From Candidatus Latescibacterota bacterium (lineage in GTDB: Bacteria > Latescibacterota > UBA2968 > GCA-2709665), in assembly GCA_965208835.1 (NCBI GenBank), contig OZ242358.1, positions 2,400,001 through 2,464,000 of the forward strand: DNA of 64,000 bases, given 5' to 3'. Both the position numbers and the translations under genes were made by a program. The stretch's first letter is position 1. The number at the start of each line of letters is the position of its first letter. This document shows, in pieces, positions 58,083-64,000 of this stretch. The notes beneath the pieces were generated by a model. That model ran no database searches, had not been told where the DNA came from, and worked only from the letters and a program-made list of their open reading frames with translations.

Positions 58083-58901
58083 ATGTACAAGGTGTCGTAC
58101 GACGGTACGAACAAGAAGGTCCTCTGGCAGGAGATGTGGCGGCACGAGTTCGAAGCCGCCCTGAAACACGATCCCGTGGTGATTCTGCCCACTGGTTCGG
58201 TGGAACAGCACGGCCCGCACTGCCCGATGGACGTGGATATTGTGGGCCCGTTCTATATGGCAGTTCGAGTGGCGCAGCGGGTGGATGAGTTCCCGGTAAT
58301 CGTCGCGCCGCCGATCTGGTCCGGGTTTACGCACTACAACAAGGGGTTTGCCGGAACGATCAGCCTGCGGATCGAGACCTACCTGAACCTGGTCGGCGAC
58401 GTCTGCAGGAGCATTCACGACAATGGGTTCCAACGAATCGTCATGGTAAACGGACACGGCGGGAATATGGCCCCCAATCACGTGGTTCGGGACACCATCG
58501 CGGAAGAGAACGTGTTTGTGGTGGCTTACAGCTGGTGGCAGTCCGTCGAGGACGAAATGCTGGCGTGGAGCGATGCGGACAACGGGAGCGTGGGACACGG
58601 CGGGGAGTGGGAGACATCGGTCATGCTGTACCTGCGGGAGCATCTCATCGCGAAGTCCCTGATGAACGACGACATCTTCCCGAATCCGTTCAGCGAGGAC
58701 CTGCAGCACTTCGGCGGGTTCTCAGAACGGCGCAGGGATACCCGCGACGTCACCGGCACGATGGGCAGTTCCAGCGCGGCCAGCGGGGAGAAGGGCGAGA
58801 AGGTCTTCAACCTGGCCGTGGACCGTCTTGAACGCCTGGTCAGGGAGTACCACGAACAGCCGGTCAGGCAGTACAGGGAGTTCGGATCGCACTGTCCCTG
58901 A
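58083..58901 (+). CDS. Creatininase family amidohydrolase
   Basis: GSVEQHGPH...D, NGHGGN, HGGEWETS. Confidence 0.92.
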   Translation: MYKVSYDGTNKKVLWQEMWRHEFEAALKHDPVVILPTGSVEQHGPHCPMDVDIVGPFYMAVRVAQRVDEFPVIVAPPIWSGFTHYNKGFAGTISLRIETYLNLVGDVCRSIHDNGFQRIVMVNGHGGNMAPNHVVRDTIAEENVFVVAYSWWQSVEDEMLAWSDADNGSVGHGGEWETSVMLYLREHLIAKSLMNDDIFPNPFSEDLQHFGGFSERRRDTRDVTGTMGSSSAASGEKGEKVFNLAVDRLERLVREYHEQPVRQYREFGSHCP

Positions 58902-58925
58902 GGCGCATGGCAGGAGGCGAACGGC

Positions 58926-60542
58926 ATGTCGAATCTGCTCTATTTTGATTGTCACGCGACCGTCGGTCAACGGCCCATGAAACACCCGCGGGTGCGCTGG
59001 TCCACGGAGCATCTTCTCAAAGACATGGACCTGGCCGAGATATCCGGCGCGCTGGTCACGCACGGCGTCGCCCGTAGTTACGATCCGGTGTACGGAAATC
59101 GGCGGCTGAGGGCGGAACGGGCAAAGGCTCCGGACAGACTGTTTACCGCGTGGTGCATCGTTCCGCTGGGTGACCCCGGTTTCTTTGCCGACGGGGACGC
59201 GCTGATCGCGGCGATGGAGGCGGAGGACGTCCGCGCCGTGCGTCTGATGCCGGGCGGTTTCTCCATGCATCCGGAAATGGTCGGCCCCACGTTTGAGGTG
59301 CTGCAGCACCACAGCATCCTGACGCTGCTGGAAGTGGGGTGGGGAATGCCCGATATATTCGGGTTCTTCCACGAATTTCTGTCCCGGTACCCGCTGTTGC
59401 CGGTGCTGTTGACCGACCACGTTTGGAGCCAGCAGCGCCACGTCTACGCGTTGATGCAGCGACACGAGAACCTGCACCTGGAATTCTCATCCTACCAGAT
59501 CAACCGGGGGATTGAAAAATACGTGGCCGATTTCGGAGACGAACGCCTGCTATTCGGCACCGGAGGCACCGAAAAGTCACCCGGCGCGGCGCGTTTTTAC
59601 GTGGATTACGCTCAGATTTCGGAGGGTTCCAGACGCCGGATCGCGGGAGAGAATCTGAAACGCCTGCTGAAGGGGCACGGGCCGGTCCAACCGGCGCCGC
59701 CCTCGGGCAAGGCGGATGGAATCATGGCGGAAGCCAGATCGGGTCGGCCGCTGTCCGTCCCGGTACTCGACGCGCACTCCCACGTGCTGCACGAAGGCGG
59801 TCAGACGGCCGGCGTGAACTATCTCATGTACGATGGCGATGCCGAACACATGCTGGCTTTGAACACGCGGTGCGGCATCGACCGGACGGCGATGATGAGC
59901 TGGAACGCGCCGGTCTGCGTGGATGCGCACGACGGCAACGAGATCGTCAGACGCGCCATGCGACAGTTCGGCGACCAGGTGATCGGCGTGGCGGTAATCG
60001 ATCCCACCCACATGACCCCGGCGGAGATCGAGTCGGAGATACGCCTGAGGCATATCGACCAGGGATTCGTTGGAATGAAACCGTACGTGCGGATGAACCT
60101 GAACTATGAACACGACGGATTCACACCCTGGTGGGAGTTCGGAAACGAGCACAGCCTGTACGCATTGATGCACGTGGCCGGTCACACGGGCGGGGTGGCC
60201 GGCATCGGACGGCTGGCGGATCGGTTCCCGGAGGTGAGCTGGCTGATCGCGCACGCGGGTGGGAGCTATCCGTTCGCGGAAGAGGTGGCCGCGTGTATTC
60301 GGGATCACCCGAACGTGTACGCCGAGATTACGCTCACGCCCGTCACGAACCGAGTGGTGGAGTTTCTGGTTGCGGCAACGGACGAGGACCACGTGCTGTT
60401 CGGCACGGATGCGCCGATGAGAGACCCCCGGCAGCAGCTCGGCTGGGTGGTCTGGGCTGAGCTGCCCCTGGAATCAAAAAAGAAAGTCCTGGGCGGGAAT
60501 TTCCAGCGGATACTGGACCGTGTGACGCTGCCCGGGCCCTAG
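58926..60542 (+). CDS. Tandem two-domain amidohydrolase family protein
   Basis: N-domain DCHATV...LLFGTGG; C-domain DAHSH...IAHAG...LFGTDAP. Confidence 0.85.
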   Translation: MSNLLYFDCHATVGQRPMKHPRVRWSTEHLLKDMDLAEISGALVTHGVARSYDPVYGNRRLRAERAKAPDRLFTAWCIVPLGDPGFFADGDALIAAMEAEDVRAVRLMPGGFSMHPEMVGPTFEVLQHHSILTLLEVGWGMPDIFGFFHEFLSRYPLLPVLLTDHVWSQQRHVYALMQRHENLHLEFSSYQINRGIEKYVADFGDERLLFGTGGTEKSPGAARFYVDYAQISEGSRRRIAGENLKRLLKGHGPVQPAPPSGKADGIMAEARSGRPLSVPVLDAHSHVLHEGGQTAGVNYLMYDGDAEHMLALNTRCGIDRTAMMSWNAPVCVDAHDGNEIVRRAMRQFGDQVIGVAVIDPTHMTPAEIESEIRLRHIDQGFVGMKPYVRMNLNYEHDGFTPWWEFGNEHSLYALMHVAGHTGGVAGIGRLADRFPEVSWLIAHAGGSYPFAEEVAACIRDHPNVYAEITLTPVTNRVVEFLVAATDEDHVLFGTDAPMRDPRQQLGWVVWAELPLESKKKVLGGNFQRILDRVTLPGP

Positions 60543-60795
60543 TGCCCCGTCCCAAGAATGTCTCACCATTTGACCGCCAGTTCATCCCGTCTCGTTGAAA
60601 CGTGGTCATTGAGCTTGTCGAAATGCCCGCGTTTCAATATCGCTCGACGGCCAATCGAAAACCCTTCGCCGACCCTTCGACAAGCTCAGGGAGCGGCTCA
60701 GGGCTCACCCGCCGTTTCCTGAGCCTGTCAAAGGATGCGAGACGGGCGACTCGGCGGTCGAATTCAGGCAGTTTATTACCGGGACAGAATACGAG
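60539..60795 (+). mobile_element. MITE family A, copy 4, containing a nested REP-like unit (60597-60702)
   Basis: CTAGTGCCCCGTCCC...CCGGGACAGAATACGAG ends; the CTAG contains the upstream gene's TAG stop; the insert matches the reverse complement of 15218-15345. Confidence 0.82.
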
Positions 60796-60957
60796 CTGTA
60801 CCGGTTTGATCTGCCACCGAGTCGCTGACCGGATGTGCACTTTAACCGTGGACCGAAACCTTCTGCAGCAGAATAGTTTGCGCGAAGACGAATTTCGCTT
60901 CCCGGGATCCACGACGTGCAGCGGGCCAATCGTCGCACGGGAGGAAAGGCCGGAATT

Positions 60958-62031
60958 ATGGACAGGATTCGAGTGGCGCTGTTCGGGTTGACGCACCCGC
61001 ATGCTCTCGGGCACCTGAAGACACTGCAGTTGTCCGATATGGTGAGTGACATTGTCCTGTTTGACGACGACCCACGGGTTGTTGCGGATGTTCAGGAAAA
61101 ATCGGGTACCAAGGTTCAGGGCGGTTATGACGACCTTGATGAGTTGCTCGATGCCGAATCCTTCGAGGTGGGGGTCGCGGATTTTCAGAATCACCTGAAC
61201 GGGGCGCTGTGCCTCAGGCTGATCGAAGAGCGCGTCCACGTGATCAGCGAGAAGCCGATTTCCAACTCGACGGAGGAACTGTCCCGGATTGTCGACGCAG
61301 CGTCACGGAAGGGCGTGAAGCTGGGTGTGATGTACCAGAACCGGTATCATCCGGTTGCCCGGGAGGCGCGCCGCCTGGTGGACGATGGCGTCATCGGGCG
61401 TGTCACCGGGTGTGAGGCCAGGATGATTACGTCCCAGGTCAAATTCAGAAATCCCGGTCACTGGTTGTTCGACAGGCGGAAAGCGGGCGGCGGGATTCTC
61501 TCCTGGCTCGGGTGTCACTATATCGATCTGTTGCGTTACGTGCTGGACGACGACGTGGTGGAGGTGTCCGCGATTGCCGATACCCTCAGCGGCGAGGACA
61601 TCGACGTGGAAGACGTGGCATCGCTTGCGTTCAGGTTCGGAAAGGGCGCCATCGGCAGCCTGCACGCCGGGTACCAGCTTGCGATGAGTATTCCCGGTTA
61701 TTCCGGCGCCACGTACGACACCTACGTGGGCTTTCGCGGGACGGAAGGGCGGGTGTACTGGAATCCTGTCGACCGGCCGCCGGTCTTGCACGCCGAGAGT
61801 GCGGCAGAGGGCTGGCGGGCCTCGCCCGCGCGCTCGTTTCATTACGCGCTGCCCGAGCTTGACTGCTACGGGGGCGCGTTCGGACTTGCGTTTCTGGAAC
61901 GGTTTTTCCACTCCGTGAACGGAGACGGTGAGCCGCCGGCCACCGGCGAAGACGCGCTCAGGGCGGCCAGGATCATCGAGGCGGCATACGCGTCCAGCGA
62001 GACCGGCCGCCGGGTCGAAATCACTTCCTGA
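60958..62031 (+). CDS. Gfo/Idh/MocA family oxidoreductase
   Basis: SEKPI, QNRYHP, GGGILSWLGCHYID, VEDVA. Confidence 0.92.
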   Translation: MDRIRVALFGLTHPHALGHLKTLQLSDMVSDIVLFDDDPRVVADVQEKSGTKVQGGYDDLDELLDAESFEVGVADFQNHLNGALCLRLIEERVHVISEKPISNSTEELSRIVDAASRKGVKLGVMYQNRYHPVAREARRLVDDGVIGRVTGCEARMITSQVKFRNPGHWLFDRRKAGGGILSWLGCHYIDLLRYVLDDDVVEVSAIADTLSGEDIDVEDVASLAFRFGKGAIGSLHAGYQLAMSIPGYSGATYDTYVGFRGTEGRVYWNPVDRPPVLHAESAAEGWRASPARSFHYALPELDCYGGAFGLAFLERFFHSVNGDGEPPATGEDALRAARIIEAAYASSETGRRVEITS

Positions 62032-62052
62032 GCTTGATATTCCGGGCGAATC

Positions 62053-62883
62053 GTGAACGACTCCAATGAAATGAAGACGTTGGCCGGAAATGCGGTCCAG
62101 CCGCTGGGCCTTGCCGGTTCGCCCGACACGCGGAGCGGGTTCGCATCCATCGCACGCCGTGCCGGCGTGGATTTCTACTTCTTCTACGGTCTGCACATTG
62201 ACGGGATGGTAGACGGCGTGAACCGGCTGCTGCGCGAGCGTCGGGACGATGTATTCGTCGCCACCGGGACAGAGTCCCGCGACCCGTCCGAGATGCGGGA
62301 CTGTCTGAACGCTGTACTTGCGGCGCTGGGTGTGGATGCGATCGACCTGTTTTTCGCGGAATACGTGTCGCCTGCCGACGACCTGGATGACGTGCTGGGC
62401 GAGGGCGGCGCGATCGAAGAAATCTGGAAATGGAAGAACGAGGGTAAGGTCCGCTACGTTGGCGCAACCGCGCACAGCCGTCCGCTTTCGCTGTCCCTTA
62501 TCAGCAGCGGTCGGGTCCAGGTACTGATGCACCGGTACAATATGGCGCACCGGAAGTCGGAGGAGGAGGTGCTTCCCGCCGCCAACGACGCGGGCATCCC
62601 CGTGGTCGCGTTCACCTGCACGCGCTGGGGGTCGCTGCTCGAGGGGCATGCCAAATGGCAGATGCGGGTCCCCTCAGCGGCGGATTGTTACCGGTTCGCG
62701 CTGCGACACCCGGCCGTCCACGTGGCATTGACCGCGCCGGCCACCGAGAATCACCTGCGACAAAACCTCACGGTGTTGTCTGAGCCCCGCGAACCGGCGC
62801 CGGATGAGATGTCGACGTGGAAGGCGTACGGCGACCTGGTTTACGGAGAAGGCGGCGATGCATTTGAAACGCGTTGGCCATAG
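62053..62883 (+). CDS. Aldo/keto reductase family protein (compact, divergent)
   Basis: IDLFF, EGKVRYVGATAH, RYNMAH, YRFALRHPAV...QNL. Confidence 0.78.
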   Translation: MNDSNEMKTLAGNAVQPLGLAGSPDTRSGFASIARRAGVDFYFFYGLHIDGMVDGVNRLLRERRDDVFVATGTESRDPSEMRDCLNAVLAALGVDAIDLFFAEYVSPADDLDDVLGEGGAIEEIWKWKNEGKVRYVGATAHSRPLSLSLISSGRVQVLMHRYNMAHRKSEEEVLPAANDAGIPVVAFTCTRWGSLLEGHAKWQMRVPSAADCYRFALRHPAVHVALTAPATENHLRQNLTVLSEPREPAPDEMSTWKAYGDLVYGEGGDAFETRWP

Positions 62884-62896
62884 ATCGAAATACCTT

Positions 62897-63664
62897 ATGG
62901 GCGCATTATGGCTCATTCTGTTTCTGCTCGGCGCGGCCGCGTTTGCGCCTGGTGCAGGGAACTCTCCGGCGGACGGCTTCGATTCAGCCGGTTCGGACCC
63001 CGAAGCGATTGAAATCGCAGACGCCGTAATGAAAAAAATGGGCGGACGGGGGAACTGGGACCGTACCCGGTACCTCACCTGGAGATTCTTCGGCAGGCGG
63101 CTGCACGTTTGGGACCGGTGGACCGGCGACGTTCGCTTCGAAGAGGCCGATCGCATCACGCTGATGAACGTCCACAGCAGGACCGGGCGCGTCTGGAAGG
63201 CAAGTGTGGAAGTCACGGAGCCGGATTCTCTGAAGAAATATCTCAACAAAGGGTACCGCGCCTGGATCAACGATTCCTACTGGCTTGTGATGCCCTACAA
63301 GCTGAAGGACTCGGGGGTGACGTTGACCTACGCGGGGGAGACGAAGATGGAAAGCGGGAGGGACGCATACGTATTGACGCTTACGTTCGAAGACGTGGGC
63401 GTGACGCCACAGAACAAATACGACGTCTTCGTGGACAAGGAACGCATGCTGGTGGAACAATGGGCGTTCTATAGAAACGCGTCAGATGAGAAGCCGCGCT
63501 TTGTCGGGCCGTGGACCGGATGGGAACCTCACGGCAGGATACTGCTTTCCGCGGGGCGCGGCACAAGGGCGCATACCGACGTGGCGGTTTTCGACGACCT
63601 GCCCCGTGCCGTTTTCGAAAACCCCCATCCGGTGGATATGATGGCGTTCGACAAATCCAGGTGA
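62897..63664 (+). CDS. Exported hypothetical protein (LolA-like/DUF6503-like)
   Basis: Signal peptide; MGG..NW..TRYL.W.FFG, WINDSYWLVMPYKL.DSGV, VG.TPQNKY. Confidence 0.65.
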   Translation: MGALWLILFLLGAAAFAPGAGNSPADGFDSAGSDPEAIEIADAVMKKMGGRGNWDRTRYLTWRFFGRRLHVWDRWTGDVRFEEADRITLMNVHSRTGRVWKASVEVTEPDSLKKYLNKGYRAWINDSYWLVMPYKLKDSGVTLTYAGETKMESGRDAYVLTLTFEDVGVTPQNKYDVFVDKERMLVEQWAFYRNASDEKPRFVGPWTGWEPHGRILLSAGRGTRAHTDVAVFDDLPRAVFENPHPVDMMAFDKSR

Positions 63665-63733
63665 AGAAGACGGCGCGGATTTCACGAGTCGCTCTTGGCC
63701 CTGCGCTCACCGTTTTGGAATCCGGTTAGAGAG

Positions 63734-63765
63734 AAAGGCCCATCGTTCAGAAGGGCCTTTTTTCT
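63734..63765 (+). terminator. Rho-independent terminator
   Basis: aaaggccc / gggccttt stem followed by a T tract. Confidence 0.8.
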
Positions 63766-63811
63766 GTATCGGGGATTCGCGGATACGTATTCCTGTGAAC
63801 GGGCGGGCGTC

Positions 63812-63840
63812 TTGACTTGCGTAGTCTATTTGCTTATGTT
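63812..63840 (+). promoter_or_regulatory. Sigma-70 promoter of the next gene (beyond the window)
   Basis: TTGACT (63812-63817), 17 nt, TATGTT (63835-63840); AGGGAGG RBS at the window end. Confidence 0.55.
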
Positions 63841-64000
63841 GTGAAAACTCGGTGGCGGCGCAAAACGCCGCGGAGAACTGGTGTTTTCCGTCGGCGAAAA
63901 ACCACGCTGCCAAGCCTCTGGTACCGAGAACTAAGTGGACAATCGCGAAACTCAATCACCGGGTCATCGCGACTGTCAATAACTAACTCAAGGGAGGGCG

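Noticed and set aside
1-64000. Many long overlapping or antisense ORFs (e.g. 10429..11799, 12532..13896, 18096..19424, 35082..36446, 53013..54602, 57162..58709, 61303..62649)
   Set aside because: Shadow frames of well-supported genes in GC-rich DNA; Arg/Pro/Gly-rich with no recognisable motifs.

Overview
GC-rich bacterial DNA using the standard code. Gene content (eukaryote-like LRR/YWTD/FN3 proteins, cohesin/dockerin and FlgD-type C-terminal domains, heparinase II/III-like enzymes, several Gfo/Idh/MocA oxidoreductases, DUF6785-like membrane proteins) resembles a host-associated, possibly sponge-symbiont Latescibacterota/Poribacteria-like lineage; this is inference only. 1-9.5 kb is an accessory block downstream of a tRNA-Arg(ACG): a giant mosaic LRR+YWTD protein, a TAG-interrupted cohesin-FlgD gene, a PIN toxin-antitoxin pair and a secreted cohesin/dockerin/internalin-LRR/zinc-protease. 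The remainder holds carbohydrate and amide catabolic genes, a GT2-TonB-ExbB-ExbD cluster, an RND pump, an FN3 protein, a sigma-54 activator with Glu at the phosphoacceptor position, thrC, hpnCDE, cobO, comA, tandem DUF6785-like transporters and a PAC2 protein. Four families of dispersed non-coding repeats (two MITE-like, one REP-like, one heptamer-rich) occupy the intergenic spaces; they nest inside one another and several overlap stop codons. No CRISPR array, rRNA, integrase or transposase was seen. All calls come from motif recognition by eye; no searches were run.
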